The notes below the pieces were generated by a model. It had not been told where the DNA came from. It searched no databases and saw only the letters and a program-made list of their open reading frames with translations. A DNA stretch of 63,990 nt, the filler included, from Phoronis australis (lineage: Eukaryota > Animalia > Phoronida), in the NCBI GenBank assembly GCA_002633005.1. It is 5 parts of 5 records of this genome, joined end to end, with 100 filler letters (N's around TTAATTAATTAA, not from the genome) between each part and the next. Parts side by side here need not be neighbours in the genome. Positions count along the whole stretch, not along the records: positions 32,791 to 43,456 come from NMRA01000118.1; positions 43,557 to 51,670 come from NMRA01000004.1; positions 51,771 to 63,990 come from NMRA01001271.1; 2 more parts are not named here. One strand, given 5' to 3'. Shown here piece after piece: positions 41,098 to 53,083 of the stretch (positions are counted from its first letter, which is position 1; the number at the start of each line of letters is the position of its first letter). Both the position numbers and the translations under genes were made by a program.

Positions 41098-41847
41098 GTT
41101 GTGAACACAAAGTACACCTGACTTTGATAATCTTACGTTCGATGTCAGCCAAAAACAACAGGTCTCAAGTTATTGACGAGGCACATGCAATAAACTTCCA
41201 TTTACCAAAAACCACTCTCCAGTACAAAATTATAGCGTCTTAATTGACCAGCGTTTCTCAATATATGCTGTCTGTTATGCCCTTTGTCTGAATAATGTTG
41301 TATTGTGCGGAGCACAGAATAACAAGTCACGTGGTCTGAAACCATCGGTGGAGATTAATGAGGAAACGCGACATTCCACGGAAACTGTGTTTTTGTACCA
41401 TGCACCCTCCTCATGTGCTGAACAATCTCCTTTGCCATTTAATGCCATCGCATGGTTTGCTGCGCTTTGAAACGTGTTCCAGTTGTGCAGTTACTTTCCA
41501 CTCGCCCTTGAACGGAAAAATTGCAGTGAAAATGATTATTTTTCTGCAACTTTGAAATTTCTCGTCTTTTGAATGTATTATTCTATTCTCCTTCAAACAA
41601 GAAAATTTGAAATTTTATGCACGTAACTCTTATTAAACTCGCTCATTGTAAACATTTTTTGTGTGTTAAAGCATCCACTTACTTCACAGGCATATTTGCT
41701 CTTCCAACGCAAGGTCATCAGGTTTCTTATCCTTTGTTTGAGTTGAAATTTGTTACGGAAAATCGCCCAAGATTCCATTGGCGGCCATACTGCCTATGCG
41801 ACTGAAACTAACCCGCCATGGATGAAGCACGTAATCTATCTGTTATT

Positions 41848-42265
41848 TATGAAGCGCCAAAGGGTTCTTAAATGAATACATTGAAATGTGTCTTATCTTC
41901 GCGTTCTTTTTTAATCTACGTGTACTTTACCTTAATGTATTTTTGCTTAATTTACGCGTGCTTCTGCCTAATCTACGCGTACTTTTAGTTCTTAAAGTAT
42001 CATAGTTCTGGTTTTAACCAGTTATTTTGAGAACACGGGCGTGATTAGACTGTATGAACTGAGTAAAAGTACGAGCAGATTAAGCAAAAGTACGAGTGGA
42101 TTAAGCAAAAGTACGAGTGGATTAAGCAAAAGTACGAGTGGATTAAGCAAAAGTACGAGTGGATTAAGCAAAATTACGAGTGGATTAAGCAAAAGCAGGA
42201 GTAGATTAAGCACACTTCTACGCACGGAAATGTACTAGTTCACGAACCCATTCGCGCGCTTCATA
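41848..42265. mobile_element. IS3EU-like MITE with 6-bp TSD and internal 21-bp tandem array
   Basis: GTTATT|TATGAAGCGCCAAAGGGTTC ... GAACCCATTCGCGCGCTTCATA|GTTATT; array AAAAGTACGAGTGGATTAAGC x7 at ~42065-42211 with degenerate inverted units on the left. Confidence 0.8.
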
Positions 42266-42601
42266 GTTATTGGAAAGTTTTGGCTACACGTTAATGGCGA
42301 AAGCGAACGTGTGAGGTCGGCGTTGGTTGCTTACTACATGTACGGTCACAATGTTGACACACATTTTCGTGTTCAGTCTTGTCATCCTGGTGAAAACAGT
42401 GCGAAGACCACTGATCTCATGTAAGTGCAAAACGTTTTAATTTCCAATTTGACGAAAAAAATCGTTAGATGTATGCAATGTTTAATGTTTTTAGAAAGTG
42501 TAGCGATCCAAGAGATAGAGTAGCTTAATGCATGTGTCTTACTCGGTTGATTATTTGAAATACATTGTATGGCTTCTGTTCAGAGGCCCTCCTTTCCCAG
42601 A

Positions 42602-42790
42602 AAAAACACATCATTCTGGTGGTAATAAGAAACACAGATACAGTATACTCATACTTCGTACCAAAATACATCATTCTGGTGGTAATAAGAAACACAGATA
42701 CAGTATACTCATACTTCGTACCAAAACACATCATTCTGGTGGTAATAAGAAACACAGATACAGTATACTCATACTTCGTACCAAAACATA
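42602..42790. repeat. 60-bp tandem repeat x3
   Basis: Near-perfect CACATCATTCTGGTGGTAATAAGAAACACAGATACAGTATACTCATACTTCGTACCAAAA units. Confidence 0.95.
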
Positions 42791-43069
42791 TCAATTTCGG
42801 TAATATTTCATGATAGCAAATGAGAGGAATACTTTCATTATAAATATTCAAAGCACAGAAGTAATAACTGAGTTTGTGAATTAAACGCCAACCTTTTTCT
42901 GAATTTCATGTTGAGTATGTGATTTCAGGACTATGTGTATGAGGATCTGATATCACCGCGCAAACACCAGTCGCACCTGTTACAAATGAAACCTCTGAGC
43001 ACCATTCCGACCACAACATAACCACAGAAAACAGGAAATGCTAACTTTACGACTCGATTTTTTAGTGAG

Positions 43070-43456
43070 CGTCGCGGCAGTCAGTCGCCAGCCAGAGTCT
43101 GGTTAAATCTTTCTATGTTGTGATATGTGATACGATACTTGACGTAGCAATCGGGATCTTTTCGTACATCAAAGCATTATTATTGTTTGGAATGATTTCT
43201 AAAAGTTTATCAGTGACAGTTACATCAATCAATGCTGAATGTTTATGCTGTCAACTCGATACAGTTTAATGAGTTAAGATTACATTCCAAATCCCAATGG
43301 CAAAGGGTACGTGAGTGCTAAATATCCATTGCGTTAGACTATTTGTTTACTCCCTATCATGTGTCTTCTGGAAATCTATTACACGTTGAAATGGAAATCT
43401 ATCACGTCAGTTTTCACGTAACCTTTGGTTTTTAGGTTTGAAGGCTTGTACCGTGC
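43070..43456 (+). mobile_element. Second copy of the SAP/YqaJ element intron and exon start
   Basis: Homologous to the reverse complement of ~10280-10610, including GTTACATCAATCAATGCTGAATGTTTATGCTGTCAACTCGAT and the acceptor TTGGTTTTTAG|GTTTGA. Confidence 0.85.
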
Positions 43457-43556
43457 NNNNNNNNNNNNNNNNNNNNNNNNNNNNNNNNNNNNNNNNNNNN
43501 TTAATTAATTAANNNNNNNNNNNNNNNNNNNNNNNNNNNNNNNNNNNNNNNNNNNN

Positions 43557-43714
43557 TGCTACTGCTACTACTACTGCTACTACTACTGCTGCTGCTACTG
43601 CTGCTACTGCTGCTGTTACTGCCGCTGCTACTGCTACTACTACTGCTACTGCTACTACTACTGCTGCTACTACTGCTGCTACTGCTTCTGCCACTGCTAC
43701 TGCTACTGCTACTA
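43557..43714. repeat. (CTA/CTG)n compound trinucleotide repeat
   Basis: Mixed triplets at a contig start. Confidence 0.95.
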
Positions 43715-45254
43715 CAGAAAAAATCAAGAAATTCTGTTGTTTTTCAACATATTTTCTTCACTAAGGAACAAATTACTTTCAAAAACGGATGACTTTAGTA
43801 TTTACTTTCTGGGATTAAAAAAGCGAAAGGTGCATGGTAGAAATTCCACTGACATGAGAGTTTTTTTTTGATATTCAGAAGTTTGCTATGGTTTAACGAT
43901 CAGTCGCGCCGTCGGCCACTCTTCTGCACGCTACACCATAAGGGACGACCAAAAGCATAAAAATGTCAGAATGCCTTTTATGAGTAATGCCAATATTTTC
44001 CTTCGACAATAGTGCCTTTAGGCCATACTACTGGTCCGCCGTGCGAGATTACAAGTTTGAATGCAAGCATAAGAAGGACATTTACTTCAGATTCCAAGGT
44101 CAACTTTGAGGGTCATTGTCGTTATTAGGACTCCCACCTAGTGGCGTTGTAAATCAACATGGGCGCGCCTGCGCGTGCTGTGTGTTTTGCATGGACTGCA
44201 AGGAACATCCCAAAAATCACATCGACTGGGGCTAGCTCCCTTGTCTACCTGGAAATTTCATAAAAATCCGTCCGTACCTTTTTGGACAAACTAATATACA
44301 GAAATAACATGCTCAAAAGGCACACACACCCCGGGGATCACTCCTATCGTGAAAGATGTTTGCTCAGGCAATTTATAAGACTGGCTAAAATTCAGTGGTA
44401 AACGCAGTCATGCGCCCTCCTTTTTTAGGTATAGTGTCATAAACAAGCATTATGTGACAGTTGAGCAGGGTCAAAGGGTTAGTCACCTTCAGGGAATAAG
44501 TCTAGGCATAAACCAAAGAAATCAAAACTCGTGAACAAAAATTTTATGAAACAATTTTTTATTGAGTTATGAAGAAGGAAAAAGTACATGATGTATTCTC
44601 ACAAAAACAATAAAATTATCAACAACTACCTCTGTCAGTGTTAGTGGAAAAATATATACATATCTCTATCAATTGTCGTTGAAAATACAACTAAATTTTT
44701 TGTTTGAGAGCTTGACACACATTCGCTGGTAGTGTCGAAATAATCTCCTCTCTTTAGGTGTGCAACTATGTAGCAAAACACGTGTTTTCAACGAAGTGCT
44801 GCCACCGAACTATTCTGACCTCTATCAACACGGAGCTAAACTAAACTACACATACACGTAAATTTTAATTTACGTGTATGTAAAATGTCTGCCATTAAAA
44901 TATATGAATGCCACTGTCAACACAAGAACTATTGACAAATGCGTTTCAATCAAATACACAACATGAATTTAAACCTATCACCATGAAACTAAACTACATG
45001 TGTATACATACTACATGCCTGTCACTAAAAATATATACCTGTCACTGTCAATGCGAAAAATTATATACATATGTCAGTCACATACCACCAATGACGTGCA
45101 GGCTTCACTTTGAGCGTCGCTTGGGTTGCTGAAATGATGGAAGTTTGCACAATTTCAGATTTGAAAAAGCTCCAAGAGATATCTTGTGGTCACAAAAATA
45201 TCTGTGGTGCTCAAAATGGTTAAGTGTTACTGAACGTGCCTTAAAGGGGATTGG

Positions 45255-46862
45255 CTAATTACATGAAATAGTTCCTGGCAAACACCAATCCTTGTCGATT
45301 GCAGGAATGCCAAATCTTTCACAGAGATTAGAAAACCTATCAATGTCCTTTTTAGTGAATCGAATATCATACTGACGTAGGGTTTCCATGCTTAGGCTAG
45401 TTCCCTTTTGTGAGTCTTCGCTCAAGGCTGACGGTGCCCTCACGGCGAACACATCCGGCAGACGACAATGTCTTGCTATGGCTTTACACGCAAATTCGGT
45501 GTTACCCACCAAGTCTTCGTAACGTAGTCCAGCAATGTCAAGCACTGATTGCAGTCGCATATATTCCTCGCATAGACGAAACGTTTTCAATAACAGTATT
45601 TCGTCCAGTGGCAAGTTGTATTTGGCTTCATCCTCCTTTTTGATCCATAAATACGATTGTTGACTTATTTCCGCCAGACGATCTCGTATACGTTTGCCAA
45701 GAGTTGGACATATTCTTTCGGTTAGTTTCGACTCTTTGAATCGGTGTATGAGATAATTGGAATTGATATGCATCTTCATCTGAGACGCGACACACTTGAC
45801 GATATTGGCGCGATACAAAAACAAAAATCGAACGCTGGGCAAGGCTGCACAAACGTACTCGTAAAATGACGACCCGGGCGAAAATTTCACAAAATAAAGT
45901 GACGCTTTCAGTTTGCGCGATTTGCAAATCATTCTTATCGAGCTTTTCACTAAGACTTTTGCGTCTGAGTTCGTTAGGAAATTATTCACCAACATATCCC
46001 TGATGTTGACAAAAACATACGCTTCGTTGCAGCAGACTGCCCCTGGAATTTTCTCCATCATTTGTGTCAACAAAGTTGAGCCGCATCGGCCTATACTTTC
46101 TAAGCCAACAACTGGAGACTTCGGGTCACCAATTGTGTCAGCCAGGCGATTGAAATGGTCGAGTGGCACAAGGATCACCTGTTTTGCTGAAGAGAACTGA
46201 GCTAAATGGAAGAAGGGATCGACTCGAGAACAGAAGACATCAATTCCAGGAAGGGTGCGGACGAAAATCGCTTCATCCACCGTGACTGTGTATAATGATA
46301 AATTATCTTCAAGAATGCAATCCGGATGATCAAAGTGACTGTGTGAAGAAATAAAATGTCGTTTGATTGGCCCAGCGAGGGATGTGTTGTAACATCGGAA
46401 ATGGATGTTGAGAACTTGAGCTGATGTTTCATACTTTCGACGACTTAATCGTAGACGTTTCTGAAGTCCGGATAATTTCCAATAGAGGCGCTGAAAGATT
46501 GTATGCACTTCATGAATGGCAAGAAAACACAAGAAAACCCAAAGTGGAGAGTCCGGTGCTGTCATCCTTGCAATAGTTATAGTTGTGCCTTTTGTGGGCT
46601 GGAGGTTTATGCAATAAACGAATGAACCGCTCCCACCATGTAGCTGTGGGACAAGGCCTACAACACAGCAAGCGCTACAGAATACTATTGTATATAACGC
46701 AGATATTACGCCATAGGCTGACACAGAACCCACGGTTGTTGACCGTTTAACATTATGTCGACCGCTGTATGTCATCGAAGTATTCAAAAACAGCTCAGTA
46801 TAATTGATATGACACGGGTCGAACCATTTGAAGAAATCCTTGTAACCTGAAAGTTGTGTCAT
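45255..46862 (-). CDS. Intronless P-loop sulfotransferase-like protein (likely start MTAPDSPLW at 46565, 436 aa)
   Basis: The only long ORF in the window (535 aa). SIGRCGSTLLTQM (5'-PSB PAPS-binding loop), downstream NE, FLFLYR..S (3'-PB-like) and LRYEDL are sulfotransferase-fold motifs; hydrophobic segment just after the internal Met. Confidence 0.8.
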   Translation of the reverse strand: MTQLSGYKDFFKWFDPCHINYTELFLNTSMTYSGRHNVKRSTTVGSVSAYGVISALYTIVFCSACCVVGLVPQLHGGSGSFVYCINLQPTKGTTITIARMTAPDSPLWVFLCFLAIHEVHTIFQRLYWKLSGLQKRLRLSRRKYETSAQVLNIHFRCYNTSLAGPIKRHFISSHSHFDHPDCILEDNLSLYTVTVDEAIFVRTLPGIDVFCSRVDPFFHLAQFSSAKQVILVPLDHFNRLADTIGDPKSPVVGLESIGRCGSTLLTQMMEKIPGAVCCNEAYVFVNIRDMLVNNFLTNSDAKVLVKSSIRMICKSRKLKASLYFVKFSPGSSFYEYVCAALPSVRFLFLYRANIVKCVASQMKMHINSNYLIHRFKESKLTERICPTLGKRIRDRLAEISQQSYLWIKKEDEAKYNLPLDEILLLKTFRLCEEYMRLQSVLDIAGLRYEDLVGNTEFACKAIARHCRLPDVFAVRAPSALSEDSQKGTSLSMETLRQYDIRFTKKDIDRFSNLCERFGIPAIDKDWCLPGTISCN

Positions 46863-47237
46863 TATCCATGTAAAACTTTTATTTCGCCTATTAATTGTAG
46901 AGTGCTTGTGCAGCTGTGCTCTGACAAAAGCCTTCAGTTGTCCCGGCTACCGGGCATAAATTAGTTCGCTTCATATTAGATCCCACGGGAAGTTTATTTC
47001 TAAATGAATCCGAAACAAACATCGACACACTGGCAGTTATGAAAATGAAGAACTGTATTGTGTTTTGGGAAGTTTACTGAGGCTTTGGGCGAATAACACA
47101 AATAATTCATACGCGCTGTGCAGCCGCCCGAAGCGTGGTAAGGCCACTGCTTGTTACGGGCGAAGAATCACTCGTACACCACGTAGCAAGAAAATTCGAA
47201 ATTGTGCGACTTTTAATATTTTTCTGAATGTCACACA

Positions 47238-47637
47238 AAGAGAACTTAGGCAAGGGGAAGAAACGATCTACTCGAGAACAGAAGACATCAATTCCTGGAA
47301 GGGTGTGGACGAAAATCGCTTCACCCGTCGTGACTGTGTATAAAGTTACGCTATCTTCGAGAATGCAGTGCGGATTATCAAAATGACTGTGTGAAGAAAT
47401 AAAATGTCGTTTGGTTGGCCCAGCGAGGGATGTGTTGTAACATCGAAAACGGATGTTGAGAACTTGAGCTGATGTTTCATACTTTCGGCGACTTTCTCGT
47501 AGACGTTTCTGTAGTCCGGATAATTTCCAATACAGTCGCTGAAGGATTGTATGCACTTGGTAAATGGCAAGAAAACACAGGAACGAACCCAAAGTGGCGA
47601 ATCGGGTGCTGTCATCCTTTCGATAGTTATAGTTGTG
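47238..47637 (-). pseudogene. Truncated, frameshifted duplicate of the sulfotransferase-like gene 5' part
   Basis: Highly similar to ~46190-46587; +2 insertion near 47585; homology stops at ~47238, before the P-loop. Confidence 0.9.
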
Positions 47638-47663
47638 ACCTTACCTGATTGAATGAGGGGCCT

Positions 47664-48103
47664 CAGTGTCCAATGTCATGCAACAGTCCCAAATAGGGAC
47701 TGAACTAAGGTCCCTAAATATTTTCGTGTATTTTTGTCTTTATGGACTCACAGATGCAATATTTTTCTATCATTTCATCCTCATTATGAGCTCCTCCTTG
47801 ATTAATGACATTTTCTAATAATATAACTAAAAAGTAAGCCCAGACTTTATTGCAAATAAGTAAGGACTTCGTCCTTAAATTGGGGGTGTTGCACGAAAAG
47901 ATCCCTACTTATTTTCGACATTATTGACAATATAAGGCAGAGCTCACTCTCTTGCATCATAGTCTAAAGTTGATTTAGTAATGAAACTAAAACAATACAA
48001 GAAAGGGCAATCGATGTTTTCACAAGTCGGAATTAAATACACCTTATGGTTTAGGGAACTTAGTTGAGTCCCTATTTGGGACCGTTCATGCAATAGGGCA
48101 CTG
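47664..48103. mobile_element. MITE with ~55-bp TIRs (Harbinger-like) interrupting the duplicate
   Basis: CAGTGTCCAATGTCATGCAACAGTCCCAAATAGGGACTGAACTAAG and its inverse at the right end; upstream homology resumes at ~48115. Confidence 0.8.
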
Positions 48104-48378
48104 GTCTACTTTACGTTATGAAATAAACGAATGAGTAACCGCCTGGCACACTTTGGTGGCGCTGCTAAAATGATTGTTGTGCGTTGTTGTTTAGGACACA
48201 ATGCCTCGTTTCAGCATAACATTTAACAATGCAAATCTTAAAGCGTGCGTGTTTCAAAAATGCAGGACCATTAAAGTCCGGACTCATCAACTCGTTTTCA
48301 AGTATAATGACGAGTAGTGGATATGGTTAAATAAACGACAAATTCGCTCTCACCTCTTTGCCTTGGGATATAATAAGT

Positions 48379-48500
48379 CTTTTGTCACAGCACAAGCACT
48401 ATACAATAGGCGAAATAAAAGTTTTACATGAATAATGACAATCCGTCAGGTTACAAGGATTTCTTCAAATGGTTCGTCCCATTTCATATCGGTTATACTG
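48379..48500 (+). pseudogene. Inverted copy of the sulfotransferase-like gene upstream/ATG segment
   Basis: Matches the reverse complement of ~46795-46930 (AGGCGAAATAAAAGTTTTACATG..CAGGTTACAAGGATTTCTTCAAATGGTTCG). Confidence 0.8.
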
Positions 48501-49719
48501 GTAACAGCTAGATTCGTGTCATTGCCTGTGAGCTGTGTTTTTGGACTGTGTGCTGGATATGGAAAGCCAAAGCCGAAAAAGTCCAGTACACATATTTACT
48601 ATTCAAGAGTTAGAAACTGTGTAGGATTAAAAACAACTCAAAACCAGAATTTATGACACCGCAGGACCCATAATTCATCACGTTTGGACCAAAATTTAAC
48701 ACGTCAAGACCGAAAATTTATCATCCCAGAACTGTAAAATTTCATGCCAGGACCGAGACCACGTGATCACCCACAAATAAGTATAATGTGTCCAAGTGTA
48801 CATTGGTTCCTGGTGCAAAGCTTGGAAGAGACAACAGAATATCAATCTCGTGTTCACGTTAATATGACTTTCGTTGGCGAGACGCTGAGTGGTGAATGTT
48901 GACCAAGACGCTTTTGCGCCTCGGATGGCAGAATGGCGAATGTTGATCACGACTCTTTTGTTCCGCCGTCAGCATAAAAACTAGCAATGGCTTATTTTGA
49001 ACCTAGGAACCAATATTGGTTCCTAGTTTGAACCAAGATATCATCTTCATCGCGCAAACGAACAAGTTCATAAAATTCGCTGAGTATATAAATTCAATCT
49101 CTTGAAAAATGATCGATTGTGTTTGAAGTCTGACTTTTGAGCAGATTTTAGTTTCTTAGAAATCACTAAAAGCTGTCTGAAAATATCTTTTTTATGCATA
49201 AATGTCTTCTTTTGAATAGAGCTCTTTCAGGAGAAAGCCGAGTTGAAAAAAACTTTGCAAACAATTCTCAAAATTTGTGATGTTTTAAACAAGTTCGGCA
49301 TAGGAGTGTGAAAATGGTAGCTCATTAGCACGAAATGAGGAATTGTCACTTTTAGGACTATTGGCCCTTCGGACCATTGCCTGCAAGAATTCAGTTCATA
49401 CCGAACTATCAAACCTTCAGCGAATATCCTACCTTTCGGCTCTTCTTTCCATCAAATACCATTTAAGATAACCAACCACATAACCATAATCATGCAATAC
49501 GCATCATATGTAAAGGGGAGGCTGTTACTTTTTAGAATTAACGATTGAGTCTGGATTTGGTCCAATTATAGGAAATTCGCACTGCACCAGAACATAAAAT
49601 GATCACGGGCCAGATGTTTTGCATTTCACTTTTATGGACTTCCTAGGTAATACCTTCAGGATGTTGAGGCTTTTAAGTATTCTCCGTTCTAATACGGTAA
49701 AACAAACAATTCGTGAGAA

Positions 49720-50090
49720 AGGCATCTGTATTCTTGGCAAAATAATTGAGAAACTGAGTGATTTGACAAAAATTTGGAATTTCTGTAACTGAGGACAAGT
49801 TCCATTTTATTAGAAACTGTACTTTATGAGATGACTTACGAGATAAGTTCATTCCTGGATTTATAAATTGCTCATATTTTACATTCATTGAGCTAATGCA
49901 AGACTCGGACGTCTCAAAAATGCTCAACCTGTCTAAATACCTCAAGCACGCCTGGCAAACCAGAAAAATATATCATGAGTGTAGATGATGAACTATATAT
50001 ATTTCAGTAATGCTAGCGTCTTTGTACTTTTATGTATTTTGATATTATTGTACTATGGGCCGGAGGCCTTCAAATTCAATAAAGTTTATT
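49720..50090 (+). mobile_element. LINE (L2/RTE-X-like) ORF2 C-terminus and 3' end
   Basis: EDKFHFIRNCTL*DDLRDKFIP...FIELMQ...LSKYLKHAWQTR motif, then a short hairpin and AATAAAG. Confidence 0.7.
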
Positions 50091-50596
50091 CTTCCTGAAA
50101 AAAACGGGCAGTTATTGAAGTAAACAAAATCAAGAGAGCCCCGATACCGTGGTTAAGCCCAAACAAGTACAGTGCATTGAAGGCGCGTGCACGTGCTGGC
50201 GATGTGTTCGATTAACTTCCGACCAAGCATGCGCATTGATGCTCACACACAGAATTCTGTGTGTTGTTCATCATGTTTGTTTCCACAGGCCCCTTTTCAG
50301 TATAGGTGGCGCTGTATCAGAGGGTAATACAACAACACGACTACATTCGTAGTTAAGCTATTGAGTCTTGATAAACACGGCTCATCGAGCCCGATCAACT
50401 CAGTTCGACTCGACCACCCAGCACCACTGAAGACTCACAAAATGCCAAACACAGTGTGGGTGTCACATGAAGTGTCTTGTTTACGCTCCAAACTCGTCTG
50501 AAGCAGCCTCGAGCGACCGTGACAAGGTTCCGTGAGATTTCGCCACTGCCTTGAATCGGAGAACGTATACTACACCCGAGCTTTCGTTGACATCTT

Positions 50597-50652
50597 ACAG
50601 ATACGTCACGACCAATCATTTCAGTAGATACGTCACGACCAATCATTTCAGT
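50597..50652. repeat. 27-bp direct repeat x2 containing CRE-like and CCAAT motifs
   Basis: AGATACGTCACGACCAATCATTTCAGT twice. Confidence 0.8.
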
Positions 50653-51785
50653 GGCCACAGTTTGCTAGCCTATGCTAGCAACGTCTCCAGCATTCTTGCG
50701 AAACACTCGCCTTTCACTCTGCTGTGATTATGCGTGGTCTTTCGTGGCGTAGTCTTACCCTTTGACGAGATTCTTCAGTCTATGGAACGTAACTCAGGAT
50801 ATTTCGCAAACTGCAAAATGTCAATAGATCTTTTGCAAGTCAATTAAGCAGATTGAATTTTTCATGCTATGAACAGTCCCACTAAATAAGATTGGTCCTA
50901 ACCCCGGTCGTCAAGGTAAACGGTGGGGTATGGAAAATNCCAGTTGTTTACATGCAGACAGCCACGCATGCGCAATTCAATCACCACTAGTACAGCAGCG
51001 ACACCGCGTGGAGAATGCTCCGAATAGCCCCATTGGCTTCGCTCATGCGGATATGATCAGCGGATTACAATCTACCTAGCAGACTGTACTTTTTATGGAG
51101 AGAGTTACAAGTAGTTTTTACTGTAATATTTGAAAAGAGGAGCGAAAACAAATATGAGTACTATTTTGAATTTTTCAAATCGGCCCAGGATAAGAGATTT
51201 TGCAACACAGCAACACTCACGATTACTTTCAATCGCCGGGCGCGCACGAATACAAAAATATAGGACCCAAGTTATTTAGATTTTGGAACACATGCATTGC
51301 AATATTTAAAATACGTTTATTATGAACCTTACAAGCTGTAAAACGACGTTGTTTAATTTCATTGTGCTCATTCATTGTCATCCGTCAAATCGGCAATTTC
51401 CGAGATGTGATCTGCGGCGTGCGCGTATGTGTACAAAACACGTGGTTGTTATGTTCCCGAAGTACGAAATTTAAGAAACTTTAGCATGCCGTTATTATTG
51501 ACAGGCAGACGATAAAACGAATTTGGATTTTGACTATAGTCTTGATACAGCGAGCTGGCTAACCACTGCGTCAGTGTCTCCGTTAGACCCAGAAATTTCA
51601 CACAGCCCGGGTAGTTCACTTCGTCCCCATCGAGCCTTGAACTATTAATACTCCACGGTAGAGCTAACGANNNNNNNNNNNNNNNNNNNNNNNNNNNNNN
51701 NNNNNNNNNNNNNNTTAATTAATTAANNNNNNNNNNNNNNNNNNNNNNNNNNNNNNNNNNNNNNNNNNNNTCAGTAAAAAAAGCA

Positions 51786-52406
51786 ATGGTGCTTTTTGCA
51801 CTGCCTACGGCTGCAGCAACAGTTAATTGAAAATTCGTGACTCATGTTTTTTGCTTCCTCATTGATTAAGATAGGTGATGTTCATGATTGAAACAGAGGA
51901 TATTTCTGCGTGAATCTCTTGCCAGTCATTCAGTGACGGACTGGGTGTCTTTACTGTTTCCTGCATTTGATTGCTGATATAGAAAATTGTCATAAATTGT
52001 TTGCATGATTTTGGAAACTACTGATTAGTTTATTCTATGCCCATTGATGCTTCTAATTACTTTTTTCATTTCGTTCTGCAGTCTGAATACATTCACATCT
52101 AAAAGATAATTATAATTACTTTTATTTACTAATTTTATTATTTTTATCATATATTTGTTATTCTTGATTGTTTATTAGTGTTTATTTGCTATTACTTATT
52201 TAAATTATTTTTTGTGATCCCATACAGTCAACATCCTGGCTGTCGTTGATCAATGATCTGTATAATATGATCATGATATGTACTTCAGTGCATAATAACT
52301 ATTATGTTTATGGTTTGGTAACCTACTTGATTATTTTCCATAGGAAGTGGTGAAGGAAGTGTTCTTTTAAGGCACATTGAGCCATACATCTGTGGACACT
52401 TTGGTG
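51786..52406 (+). pseudogene. Decayed two-exon THAP zinc-finger, probably transposase-derived
   Basis: FCTAYGCSN followed by a stop, donor at 51875; acceptor at 52343, then KW...YICGHF (THAP C-x-x-HF-like); stops and frameshifts. Confidence 0.55.
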
Positions 52407-52921
52407 GTATGTGTATTACCTTGGAAACTTGTTACACTTCAGTGACGATGTTGTTTGTTTAGATTTTTGTTTTGACATGGTTTTTAAAACATCAAGTCAA
52501 GAAATAAGGCGTCGTTATGTTATTTACTATGAAGTTGGCCTGCCAATGCAGGCTGAATATGTCTTTAACTAACTGCTGATAGTTGATTTTAAAAATGTGA
52601 GTGATTTATGAGAGCTGGAAAGCTTAGTAAAAAATATCCAAAATGGATTGCATATTCAATAGGCATCTTGGCTGTTTGATGGGGGCATACAAGGTAGGTT
52701 TACTGGACTTCAGGCAGGGATCTTTTCATGCAATGCACCTAATTTAAGGACTAAGTCCCTAAATGTTTTGACTGAATTAAGAGCTGTTTTTAGTTGTAAT
52801 ATTATAAAACATCATAAGTCAAAAGAGGAGTTCATAATAAAGATAAAATCATAGAAAAATGTAAAAACTGTGAGCAAAGAACAAAAAAATTGCCTAAAAG
52901 ATTTACCAACTCAGTTTAGTA

Positions 52922-53083
52922 CAGGCAGATCCAGAGTGGCAGGTCAAAGTGGTCTGGACCCCCCATTTTCCTTCATTGTAGTGATATCAATGCTAGAACT
53001 TTCAAATTGTTGACTTGGGCCACCTTTCTTAAAAAATCCTTATCCGACCCCCCCCCCTTTAAAAAATCCAGGATTTGACCCTG
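52922..53083. mobile_element. MITE, inverted homolog of 36879-37037
   Basis: Shared AACTTTCAAATTG.TGACTTGG and GGACCCC segments in reverse orientation. Confidence 0.75.

Noticed and set aside
42022-42851. Repetitive peptide ORFs (LLNPLVL, GTKYEYTVSV)
   Set aside because: Translations of 21-bp and 60-bp tandem repeats.
44850-44881. Short hairpin ACATACACGTAAATT..AATTTACGTGTATGT
   Set aside because: No TSD and no second copy seen.
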